Of a stretch of 64,000 nucleotides of DNA, positions 1 through 9,807 are shown piece after piece (position 1 is the first letter of the stretch; every line of letters starts with the position of its first letter). Both the position numbers and the translations under genes were made by a program. The notes beneath the pieces were generated by a model. It was not told the origin of the DNA and ran no database searches. It was given only the letters and a program-made list of their open reading frames with translations. The stretch is from Antedon mediterranea (Eukaryota > Animalia > Echinodermata), in NCBI RefSeq assembly GCF_964355755.1, contig NC_092678.1:20291365-20355364 (forward strand), given 5' to 3'.

Positions 1-249
1 ATGTAAATCAGCTGGTTGAAATGCATGGTTGACCCCACCAGGATAGGCTAGTTAGCTCACTTGATGTCTGGACCCCATGTAGGAAACATGCTTGATGCAT
101 AAGAGTACCCTGTACTATAAACAGTATTTACCCTAGAGTGGTACTGGACATTGAGTCTCTGTAGTGGTTTAGGTACTGCGGGACTGAATAAGGTGAGTGT
201 ATTTGCTTGCTTTAGTAGGCCATTTCAGTGCTAGCCTAAAATCACAACA
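1..249 (+). repeat. 5' LTR (partial)
   Basis: Matches 3096-3344 with no difference seen; ends ...TCACAACA. Confidence 0.95.
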
Positions 250-250
250 T

Positions 251-264
251 TGGCGCTGCGAGCA
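251..264 (+). promoter_or_regulatory. Primer-binding site, probably tRNA-Ser
   Basis: TGGCGCTGCGAGCA, 1 nt after the LTR. Its reverse complement TGCTCGCAGCG-CCA resembles eukaryotic tRNA-Ser 3' ends. Confidence 0.75.
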
Positions 265-1407
265 AAAGCTCGGAAATCTTTTTTTTTGGTGGGGAGGCGG
301 GTGCCTTGATTGCCAGCTGGCATTCTTAACGTGATCGGGTTGATTGCGAGGTATTTCGTCCTCTGCTGAAACTATTAACTTATTGTACTTACGGTGCATT
401 TGTTAGTTTATTGAAGTCGATATCTTTATTGAAGATTACAACATACCGGTAAAGTTAATCACGCAGTATTGTGGCATTTGGATACTTGCTGATTAGCGTA
501 TCGACGGGGTAGTCGATGCGTACCGGGAGTTGTATTTATTTTGCTGTAGTTGAAGGATTAGTGGGCAGTTTACTAGGCCGTATCACCTGGTGGGATACTA
601 GGCGTGGCCGTTGAACTGAGTGGCACCACTAATTTTAACTTTGATTATATACTGGCTGTGCGTAATATATTGTGTTAACTTCACAGTGGCATTACCGCTT
701 TCCTTTCTTTGCATCGGGGGAAGGTTTAGTGGTAAGTGTTGTTAAACTGTATCGACGTCTTTTTAATAATCTAGTTGCTTGTTATTGCAGGTTTGCTGGT
801 GCAATATTTTAACTGTATTTGTATCGCCAGCTGCCATTTTGCAATATTTGTGTGCGGGTTATTGCATTGAAGATATTTTATTATACTGGTGTGCTTGTAT
901 TTATTACTACGTCTATCAGTATTTTAATCCATATTGTATTCTATGCTAAATAACATCTGTTATCTCACACTGCAGCTAGTTTTACCACACTGAAGATCGT
1001 AAAGTGTTACTACAACTTTTATTCCGGGCCAGTCTGTTTTCTTCTGGAAAGCTTGAAGACTGTTCACGTGATTTGTGACTTCAACTTCACACGCTGATTA
1101 TCACTGCCTTTCTGTGGAGGGGAGTGGTCTGGTGATCAGTGTTCGTTGAGCATTACCAAGATCTGGATTTGAAGTATCGTCATCATTTGAATGCTGTGCA
1201 ATTGGTGAATGTATCACAAATGTTTTAATAGTTTTATGTCCATTTTAATAGTACAGGCATTGGTATTTTATGGCATTTTACATTCCTAGTTTATACACAG
1301 TATTCATCTTAAACCGGATAAGTACTAGTGGCAGAACATACATTTAGATACATTTTAATGAAAGTCTTTGACCTCTGGCAATACTTTTATATCGTATGTT
1401 TTAAAGG

Positions 1408-2766
1408 ATGCCTCATGTTGCAATAAATTTCTGGACAGAGCCGGAGCTCGTCCATCTACTAGGAAAGAGAGCTAGGAAAATTACTGATTGGAGGTCCAAA
1501 TTTGGAAATATTAGAGCCTGTGACTTAGAATATTTAACTGGAATCAAGTGCTTGTCATCCAAAACGACTCGCTGGGATTTCACACCGAATCCTCAATTAG
1601 TGAGTAGTTGGGTTCAGAACACTAGCACTCCTCAGTTGTTCCATGCAGCACAAGTTCCATTTGGAACTTATTCTGGTGATTTACCTGGTGGTAGTTTCTC
1701 ATGGAGACACACCAGTACCAACCAACCTAGTTCTGACCACAGAGAAAAGACGGATTCAGGTTGTAGGAATACTCACTATAGGTATGCAACCAAAGCAGAA
1801 TGTCAACCAATATCTGAACTGTTAGCTTTAGACTCTAGTCTTAATGTACGGGGTCACCATTGCACTAAAGGTAGTAAAACCTCAAAAACTAGATCTGTGT
1901 CTAAGCTTTGTAGATTACTGACAGAGGATTGTTTCAGTGACTCTTCTAGTAGCTCTAGTCTTATGGACTCCAGCTCTAGTAATGATGAGAGTTGTACAAG
2001 TGACGAAGATAGTGATCAGGATATGGCTTATGGTAAATATTCTACGAGTGTTCAATCTAGAAGACGACACTCGCATAGGCATTCCCAACAATCACAAAAA
2101 CTATTGAGACAAAAAGACATTCCCAAGTCTCTAACTTTTAATGGCTGGGATGATGACTGGTATCCTTTTAAGAAACGGTTCAGATCTTTCGCAAAGGCGC
2201 AGAACCTTACCACCGGGGATAGTAACAATGCCCTTTTTTGGTGTATGGAGGGACCTGCGGCGAAGTTCTTAACCAATCTTTTAAGGATGGAGCCAACATT
2301 AGACTTCAAAGAGATGATGGATGTCCTCAGTGTACGTTTCGGAGACGGTGAGCGGTCTCTAAAACAGGAACGACACGAAGCTATAGAAAAATGGGGACGT
2401 AGAGTCATGATGGTAACCGAGAAAGCCTGTAGTGATCTACCTAGATCTAGAGTGCAAAAGCTACAGGTGGAATGGTTCTGCACTGGGTGTCACGACAAGG
2501 AGGCTGGTGAGTATGTTTCACGGAAACATTGTGCTACTATCACCAAAGCTCTTGAAAAATATAGGAGGTTTGACTGTCGCCGCAAAGGGTTGTACAGAGA
2601 GCATGGGAGAAAAGTCAGAAATGATTTAATGCCCCGTACTAGGTCTATGACTTATACTCTCTGTAGCTCAACCCATCATCACATATCCTCACACGAAGAT
2701 GAAGCCGAAAACCATTATCAAGCTTCTGAAATCTGGAGTAGGCCGAAACTGGAAACCTCAACCTAA
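1408..2766 (+). CDS. Gag-like protein (452 aa): N-terminal HhH-like segment, Ser/acidic linker, retrotransposon capsid-like domain
   Basis: Intact ORF between PBS and PPT. PKSLTFNG..DWYPFKKRF...L.WCMEGPA..F...L..RFG is a Gypsy capsid-type pattern. Confidence 0.8.
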   Translation: MPHVAINFWTEPELVHLLGKRARKITDWRSKFGNIRACDLEYLTGIKCLSSKTTRWDFTPNPQLVSSWVQNTSTPQLFHAAQVPFGTYSGDLPGGSFSWRHTSTNQPSSDHREKTDSGCRNTHYRYATKAECQPISELLALDSSLNVRGHHCTKGSKTSKTRSVSKLCRLLTEDCFSDSSSSSSLMDSSSSNDESCTSDEDSDQDMAYGKYSTSVQSRRRHSHRHSQQSQKLLRQKDIPKSLTFNGWDDDWYPFKKRFRSFAKAQNLTTGDSNNALFWCMEGPAAKFLTNLLRMEPTLDFKEMMDVLSVRFGDGERSLKQERHEAIEKWGRRVMMVTEKACSDLPRSRVQKLQVEWFCTGCHDKEAGEYVSRKHCATITKALEKYRRFDCRRKGLYREHGRKVRNDLMPRTRSMTYTLCSSTHHHISSHEDEAENHYQASEIWSRPKLETST

Positions 2767-3043
2767 CTCACATCAATATAAACCTGCCAAATGGTTGCAT
2801 TACTTTTGCTCGTGGCAATGTAATGTACATTTGTTGAACTCGGGTTGATCTTGGAAGTTGCTGCAGATGGTAAGTATAGTGATGCAGGAGCTGATATCTG
2901 TACATCAGTATGCCTCCTGAGCTTCACACTTACCATGATGATGTAGAAGAAGACGTACAATACCCACATTTCAGGGAGTTTCCCCGGTGTATTCAAGCTA
3001 GTGTGAGAAAGGTGGAATGCTTCCCTTTTAGAATGGGGAGGTG

Positions 3044-3344
3044 TGTTGTGAAAGGGGTCTCACGCTTGAATACCCTGTCCAGTTTGCTCATTTGCATGTA
3101 AATCAGCTGGTTGAAATGCATGGTTGACCCCACCAGGATAGGCTAGTTAGCTCACTTGATGTCTGGACCCCATGTAGGAAACATGCTTGATGCATAAGAG
3201 TACCCTGTACTATAAACAGTATTTACCCTAGAGTGGTACTGGACATTGAGTCTCTGTAGTGGTTTAGGTACTGCGGGACTGAATAAGGTGAGTGTATTTG
3301 CTTGCTTTAGTAGGCCATTTCAGTGCTAGCCTAAAATCACAACA
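3044..3344 (+). repeat. 3' LTR (301 bp)
   Basis: 8-bp terminal inverted repeat TGTTGTGA/TCACAACA, preceded by the PPT. Confidence 0.95.
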
Positions 3345-4009
3345 CTATGGATGTGGTCAAAGAATATATATGTCATGTGGTGCATGTGGAGGTGTACAGT
3401 CTGTACTGTGCTGCTAGCAAAGAACTTATAACACAAGAATCTCCTGTTCTTCAATTTGCATTCAAAACACAGTATCGGAAGTACAGGGTTAAAAGGTCAA
3501 ACTGGGCGACGCCATTTCACAGCATGGAGCAGCGCCCCCTCCAAACTAGGAAGTCAATTACTCCATCCCCTATAGTATTAGCAGATCCCCTCTATGATTT
3601 TGACTTTCTAATTTGATGCGGGCGCCCTACTCCATGGCTCACAATATGGCGCCACCCATAGCTCTATTCTATCCCACAATGCCTTTCGAAATTGTTGCGC
3701 GCTTCGTACGAACAGGAGATTCTTGTGTTATAAGTTCTTTGCTGCTATGTACACCAACACACGTCACACACGTCACCGCCAAAAAAGGGGTTATTCCAAA
3801 TTAGAACGAGTGTTGACTTCTCTTTGGAAGAATACAGTACTAGGCCTAGGTCAGGTAGGCCTAGTAAGTTAACTAAGTAAGATCGTTTAATAAATTGTAG
3901 ATATTTTCAATTTGAAAATAATTAAATATTATTCGTTATATCGTTTTAATTATTCATTTACAATTCTATTTTTTTGCAATTATGTGGACTACACTTTTTA
4001 ATGCCACAT

Positions 4010-4126
4010 GGAAACTCCCTCTGATACAATTGAGTCGACTAGATACAAGGGGATTTCCCTTTCTTATCCGGAAGTTGATGAGATGATCGTCGAACCTGGA
4101 TCATCCTCGCTGTTTGCTTTCGTTTT
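4010..4126 (+). promoter_or_regulatory. Candidate immune-responsive promoter of the DED gene
   Basis: kB sites GGAAACTCCC (4010-4019, minus-strand GGGAGTTTCC) and GGGGATTTCCC (4049-4059), ETS CCGGAAGT (4068-4075), and IRF-like GCTTTCGTTTT (4116-4126), all within ~120 bp. Confidence 0.55.
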
Positions 4127-4708
4127 AAAAAAAAGAAGAGTAAACTCTATTTATAAACTATGGTTTGTAAACGAACGTATTTTAAATAGTAGAGTGGAAT
4201 TAACCAATAACTAAGTCAGACCCTAGCAGTGCTATTTCAGTTCAGTCTGTACTGACTGATCCAAACAGTCTTGTTTTTAGATGCCCTTTCTTAGGAGGTC
4301 TCGGGGGAGGTCTGGTTTAGAAATAGGGCCTATTCTATAAAAAGTACTTTGATAGGCTAGACCTAGCAGGACGCTGAGTGTTCCACTTGCCCAGATAGGC
4401 TATTGTAATGGACTTTGATCTGTAGTGTTAGGCTTTGACGAATTAATATGTTGAATTGTTGTTATTGCTATTTAATTTCATTTTGACATCTCATTTTTAA
4501 AATTGATTTGATTGAATTAGACACAAAGTTTCAGATTTAACAGTTCTTTTAAGTTCTTTTTTTTTGTGAATTGAAATTGTGTGTACCATTAAATTTCATT
4601 TTGACATTAAAATGCGTACATGATATATATACTCACTTTATTGTTATGTTTCCCAAAGAAGTGTCCCTAAGACATTCTCATTAATTCTAGCATTGATTAA
4701 TTTGCTTT

Positions 4709-5004
4709 GAGGATATTGACCCAAAAGATTTATTTAAATTGTCTCACAACATCAGAACCAGGGGACACAGCTTAAAACTATATCGTCCAAAACTTAGAGG
4801 AAATCTTATGTGCAGGGTCAACTTTTTTACCATCAGAGTCATACATCACTGGAATTCTCTGCCTGAATATGTAATACAAGCCTCTTCAGTGAACATCTTT
4901 AAGTCTAGACTTGACAACTATTTTCGGCTAGAAATGGAATCTAATAGGCACTAGCCTAAACTATTTCCATCAAACATTAAGTGTAAGTGTAAGTGTAAGT
5001 GTAA
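4709..5004 (+). mobile_element. 5'-truncated CR1-group LINE 3' end
   Basis: RTRGHSLKL...R.NFFT.RVI..WNSLP..V..A.SVN.FK.RLD C-terminal motif, then a short UTR and a (GTGTAA)4 tail at 4981-5004. Confidence 0.85.
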
Positions 5005-5246
5005 TTTATATTGAAAGTTGGAAGGGTTTTGAATTAAATCAATAAGCATTTTTGCTGTTTGTATCCCATGTCACGTACACAATTGATCAACCATAAACTT
5101 TGGTATGAAAAATCTTCTATCTTCAAATGTTTTATGTTATAAAACATTGGAGAACATTTTCAACAATTTTTATTTAGAATTAACATTAAAGTTCCTGGTT
5201 ATGCATTATTTCTGTGAGTTCTAAAAACAAATTCTAATTATATTGT

Positions 5247-5691
5247 GTCGTGAGGTGGTTTCCCGAAAGATTGTAAAATCAAAACGGTACTGGGTATGAC
5301 CAACTAGCGTTATTGTCACCGGCTAGTCATCCATTCATAGAAGTACTAATGTAGTAGCCTACCTGTACGGTGACCATAGAATGTGACCCGAGGCATGACT
5401 AACTACGACTTTTAGATGATAGAAAGTTGAGAAAAATTGTTACGAGTAGTTTTACGACATGAAGATGTTTATGAAATTATGTTAAAGATGTAAAAACATA
5501 TTACATTAGGTATATAAACAGTAATGAGTGTTAGTAAAAATAATATAATGTAAAAAAGATATAAGGAAGAAAAGCAAAGAGATTATGGAGCGGCTGTACC
5601 TGAATATACAATATAAATATTGTAAGGTTAAAAACTAGAAATTTAGGCGATCTTGTCAAAGGTCAAGCGCCTTCAGCCTGCCACGTTTCGA
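5247..5691 (-). repeat. PLE pseudo-LTR, 3' copy
   Basis: Appears identical to 9363-9807 (offset 4116). Confidence 0.95.
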
Positions 5692-5720
5692 TATTCAATA
5701 TTGAACTTGACCTGACGTGG
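5645..5720 (-). ncRNA. Predicted non-circularly permuted hammerhead ribozyme
   Basis: Minus strand: CCACG-UC^AGGUCAAG ... AUC-GAAA-CGUGG ... AGGCG-CUUGACCU-UUGACAA-GAU-CGCCU. Stems I, II and III all pair. The core is conserved with a compensatory U3-A8 pair. Confidence 0.75.
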
Positions 5721-6585
5721 TTCCACAATATCTTTATATGAAAAATTTGTAGAGTGGATAGAAAATTATTAAAATGGTTATTGTTAAATTGTTTTTAAAA
5801 TACGTTGTTCGTTTTAATGTTAAACAATGTTTAAATTTTCTCACCTTTTTAGAAAAAATATTATTATTTCAATATGAAGAAGATTGAAAGTTTATGTTAC
5901 GTACTTGTTTCTGTGTATACAGGACGCTAAAAAATTATTAAAATTATTATGCCTAGGCCTAGGCCTAACTAGCCTAGCCTAGATAGGATTTACGTAATAT
6001 GATTATATTTTATAGTTTAACTGAATGTAATTTAAAGTAGAATTTATTTAGTTCTAAATATAATATTAATTAGTCTTACCTTGTGTACAAAGCTATTTGG
6101 TTTGGATTTTATAGAAAAAATGACAATGTCGGAGCTGTAGAAAATTCAATATGTTTTTACCGACCTTTCCTTAGTGAGAATGTTATGTTTGAAAGTAACA
6201 GGTTCGAATGTTTGCTATGCGCGTGTGTTAGAACGCGTTATTGAAATTGACGCGGGTGTTTATGATTACGCGTAAAGGTCTGTATTCTTATTATTAATTA
6301 ACGTACAGGGACAATTTTCATTTAAAAATTTTGTCAAAAGGTAAATTTATGTCAATAAAAATGGGTGCTTATAATATATTTAATCTGGTATAAAAACATT
6401 TTATAAGTCATAAAAAATTCAAAATTAATGAATAAATATAGAGGTAAACATAATGGTACAGTATGCACAACGATTTATTTGACAAAATAAAGGTGTTTAT
6501 AATACAAGAATATTATAAAATACAACAATTTAGTATTAAAATATTATAATAATTAATAATATATAAATTATACAAAACTTTTAAT

Positions 6586-9081
6586 TTAATATGTTTGATA
6601 GGTTGCCAGTTTGTTGTGCAATTGTTTATTAGTGCAGCATATTTGTTTAATCTTTCTGTCGTTATAAAAAACGTATTGTATTTTATACTTGTTTTTGAGT
6701 AGGTGTTTGTGGTTATTTATAATACCTTGCATAATATTTGTTTTATCTGTGGTTTTATCAAATTTGGTTTTAATACAAATTGTTTGTTTATTAATATTCT
6801 TTGTGATCTTTTCTTTGGGGTTCTGTTGAAAATGTGTCAAATGTTTATTTATGAATTTATGGCTGTAACCTATTTTCTTTAGTCGTAAAGAGAAGAGGGA
6901 GGTGATGTGTAGATATTCTTTTATATTACATGAAAGTCGGTTATAACGATGGGACTCTGTTTTGATAATACCTTTAAAAATTGATGGGTTATGGTTGAAT
7001 GTTTTATGAATGTATGTATATTTTTGGTATGGTTTTTGATATATTGAGTAGTGTATTTTGTTTGTTGTTAGTGTTGTATAGTTGATGGAAATGTGTGTGT
7101 CCAAATATATCATGTTAGTAGTATTAAAAGTAAAGTTGAGTGGAATATTGTGTGGGTAGATGTTGGATATGGATTTAATAAGGTCAAGAGAATTAATTTT
7201 AGGGTTGCTGATAATTAGTGCGCCGTCGTCTATGAATCGGGTAAATAAGAAGTTGGAAGGGTTTAGTTGAAATCTTTGTTTTAATGTGGTGAGGAAGTTT
7301 AATTCTTTCAAAAGGAGGGTAAGATTAGCGATTTGGGCGCTGTGGTAAGACCCCATAATGATTCCCTGTATTTGCTTATAAAAATAAGGTCCGGCTTTGA
7401 AGTATGCGTTTTTATTAATTATGTTGTTTAATTTTGTGAGATATAATTTGGTTTCATTGTTAACATTTAAGAGGTCGCAGGCATTTGTGATGGTGTCATT
7501 GGTATCTTGTATAGTGATGTTAGTGTAAAGGCTTTCGAAGTCCCAGGAAATAAAGAAATTTGTGTCGGAGAATTTTGTGTTAATTAATTGTGTTTTGGAA
7601 ACAAATTCGTTTGAGTTTTCAATAATGGGAAAGGGTACATTTTTGTCATAGAACATATCTTTAATTTTGTTTATAATTAATTTAAGATGGTGGCCTAGTG
7701 TTTTGGATAGGGGGGTAGTAGTCCAGCTATGGGCTGTAATAATTGGTCGTCCTTTAAGGTCTTGTTCTGTTTCGGGTGAGGGTGGTTTTTTAAGTTTATG
7801 GGGTTTGGGTAGAATCTTGAGGGTAGGTAATTGTAATTTGGAGTTATCGATCCAGTTTGTAATTTGGTTGATTTCTTTGATAAAATCGTGGTCTTTGATG
7901 TCTGTATCATTAATTAGTTTAATCATGTCATTTCGAACTTTAAGTTTTAATTTTGTTATATAATTTCTTTCATCAATTTTAGGATCGACTTTTTGATATA
8001 TTTCGTTGTTAAGTTGTCTATCATATTCTTGTTTGTACCATTTTGTAGTATTAAGGCATAAACCTAAATTCTTGTCTGATGTTTGTATTATTATTTCTGG
8101 GTTTTTGGCAAGTGTTTTCAATTGTTTGAGTTGTGATTTAGTTGTATTTCTTTTATCTATACATCTAAAATTTTCGATGCATTCTTGGTTTAGTTCTTCG
8201 ATATTGTTGTAGCAGAAAGCAGTTGTGTTTGGTTTAATGTGAGGATGTGTAATTAATTCATGGAAAAGTGTTTTGTGTTTATTATGTATAGGCAATGAGT
8301 GTGGTTTAGTGTGAGTTGTTTTGATTTTATGCTTGTAAATCTCATGTTTCAACATTGTTGTAAAGGAGGACTTAATATCGTTATGTAGTTCTGTTTTAAT
8401 CTGCTGTCCGTTCTTGAAGGTTGTGGGTATAAACGATGGTCCCTTGTTCAATATTGTTTTGGTGTGTTTATTGATTTTAAAGTTAGTAAAATTGTGGAAG
8501 TTCAAATCATCTTTCTTGTTTTCGTTTCTAATTTCGTCTTCCTTCTTTTTAGCATCATAGTTTTTCATAAGTTTTTTAATTAGTATTGTGTGCAAAACAC
8601 TTCTCTGTTGACATAAATTATTTGCATAGTCAAAATCTGAGGTGGTTTTTTTAAAAACGTATTTCTTATTAATTGCATTCTTCTGTTTAATTTCTTCGAT
8701 TGTATCTTTATATTTCTGTAAGATACTTTGTTTCAAGAGTTGTGTTTGTCGGTATCTATGTTTAATAATATCGCTCAATTCTTCCAATGTGTTAATATTG
8801 TCGCTCAATTCGGTGTCCTCAATACTTTCCCCGGTATTTATATTAATGGTATAATTCCTGATTTGGCTGATTTTGTTGTCAACGAATTTTATTTCTACGT
8901 TATGGTTGTTGTTTATTTTGAGTAGGCTAGGTGTCAGTTGTTCTATTTTGTTATAATATCGACTACAGTTAATTATTTCTTCTCTGAAAATATTTTTAGT
9001 CGTCTTGGTATGTATCCTATTCCATTCGTTGATTGTTGTAATTTTCCTAATATCTTTTGGTTTAAATGTTGGATGAACCAT
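6586..9081 (-). CDS. PLE reverse transcriptase (831 aa), no GIY-YIG domain
   Basis: LNKGPSFIP, SDKNLG, GRPII, WDFESLYTNI, QIQGIIMGS..SAQIANL, RFIDDG, YLD and IYQKP...H thumb motifs. The ORF stops just after the thumb. Confidence 0.92.
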   Translation of the reverse strand: MVHPTFKPKDIRKITTINEWNRIHTKTTKNIFREEIINCSRYYNKIEQLTPSLLKINNNHNVEIKFVDNKISQIRNYTININTGESIEDTELSDNINTLEELSDIIKHRYRQTQLLKQSILQKYKDTIEEIKQKNAINKKYVFKKTTSDFDYANNLCQQRSVLHTILIKKLMKNYDAKKKEDEIRNENKKDDLNFHNFTNFKINKHTKTILNKGPSFIPTTFKNGQQIKTELHNDIKSSFTTMLKHEIYKHKIKTTHTKPHSLPIHNKHKTLFHELITHPHIKPNTTAFCYNNIEELNQECIENFRCIDKRNTTKSQLKQLKTLAKNPEIIIQTSDKNLGLCLNTTKWYKQEYDRQLNNEIYQKVDPKIDERNYITKLKLKVRNDMIKLINDTDIKDHDFIKEINQITNWIDNSKLQLPTLKILPKPHKLKKPPSPETEQDLKGRPIITAHSWTTTPLSKTLGHHLKLIINKIKDMFYDKNVPFPIIENSNEFVSKTQLINTKFSDTNFFISWDFESLYTNITIQDTNDTITNACDLLNVNNETKLYLTKLNNIINKNAYFKAGPYFYKQIQGIIMGSYHSAQIANLTLLLKELNFLTTLKQRFQLNPSNFLFTRFIDDGALIISNPKINSLDLIKSISNIYPHNIPLNFTFNTTNMIYLDTHISINYTTLTTNKIHYSIYQKPYQKYTYIHKTFNHNPSIFKGIIKTESHRYNRLSCNIKEYLHITSLFSLRLKKIGYSHKFINKHLTHFQQNPKEKITKNINKQTICIKTKFDKTTDKTNIMQGIINNHKHLLKNKYKIQYVFYNDRKIKQICCTNKQLHNKLATYQTY

Positions 9082-9362
9082 ATTCTGTGGGTGTTTAAAT
9101 AGTTATGTAATATTAGGCTTAAAATAAATATTGTGTGTTGAAAAATTATATTGTGAAACATGATGTTTATGCTATGAATGTCGTACGTAGGTAAAGGAAT
9201 AGAAAAAACAAGGATCTAAATGTAGAAAAATGAAAAAAGTAGTATAGAATGTAGAAATAGGAAAAGTTTGTTAATAAAAAGAATAGATTTTGAATGTGAG
9301 GAATGACTTATGACGGTTAGATCCCACTAGAGATCTATGTCGGCTCCTAGGCCTGTAAAATC

Positions 9363-9807
9363 GTCGTGAGGTGGTTTCCCGAAAGATTGTAAAATCAAAA
9401 CGGTACTGGGTATGACCAACTAGCGTTATTGTCACCGGCTAGTCATCCATTCATAGAAGTACTAATGTAGTAGCCTACCTGTACGGTGACCATAGAATGT
9501 GACCCGAGGCATGACTAACTACGACTTTTAGATGATAGAAAGTTGAGAAAAATTGTTACGAGTAGTTTTACGACATGAAGATGTTTATGAAATTATGTTA
9601 AAGATGTAAAAACATATTACATTAGGTATATAAACAGTAATGAGTGTTAGTAAAAATAATATAATGTAAAAAAGATATAAGGAAGAAAAGCAAAGAGATT
9701 ATGGAGCGGCTGTACCTGAATATACAATATAAATATTGTAAGGTTAAAAACTAGAAATTTAGGCGATCTTGTCAAAGGTCAAGCGCCTTCAGCCTGCCAC
9801 GTTTCGA
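9363..9807 (-). repeat. PLE pseudo-LTR, 5' copy
   Basis: Begins inside the ribozyme (UC-GAAA), 22 nt downstream of the equivalent predicted cleavage site. Confidence 0.95.

Larger units (their letters stand above)
1..3344 (+). mobile_element. Non-autonomous Gypsy-type LTR retrotransposon encoding only gag (5' LTR cut by window edge)
   Basis: 1-249 is identical to 3096-3344. The full 3' LTR 3044-3344 has TGTTGTGA...TCACAACA ends. A PBS follows the 5' LTR and a purine tract (AGAATGGGGAGG) precedes the 3' LTR. Single gag-like ORF, no pol. Confidence 0.92.
5247..9807 (-). mobile_element. Penelope-like retroelement (PLE) with pseudo-LTRs and no endonuclease domain
   Basis: 445-bp direct repeats 5247-5691 and 9363-9807 with no TG..CA ends, PBS or PPT, around one intact PLE-type RT ORF. 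No TSD found. Confidence 0.9.

Noticed and set aside
5670-5676. CUGAAGG as the hammerhead CUGANGA box
   Set aside because: It has no flanking stem I/II partners. UUGACAA at 5659-5653 is flanked by both pairing arms and fits the core.
7667-8925. Plus-strand ORFs inside the PLE
   Set aside because: Antisense shadows of an A-rich coding strand; no recognisable motifs.
5247-9807. LTR retrotransposon or DIRS/Ngaro reading of the direct repeats
   Set aside because: No TG..CA ends, PBS, PPT, RNase H, integrase or tyrosine recombinase; the RT motifs are PLE-type.
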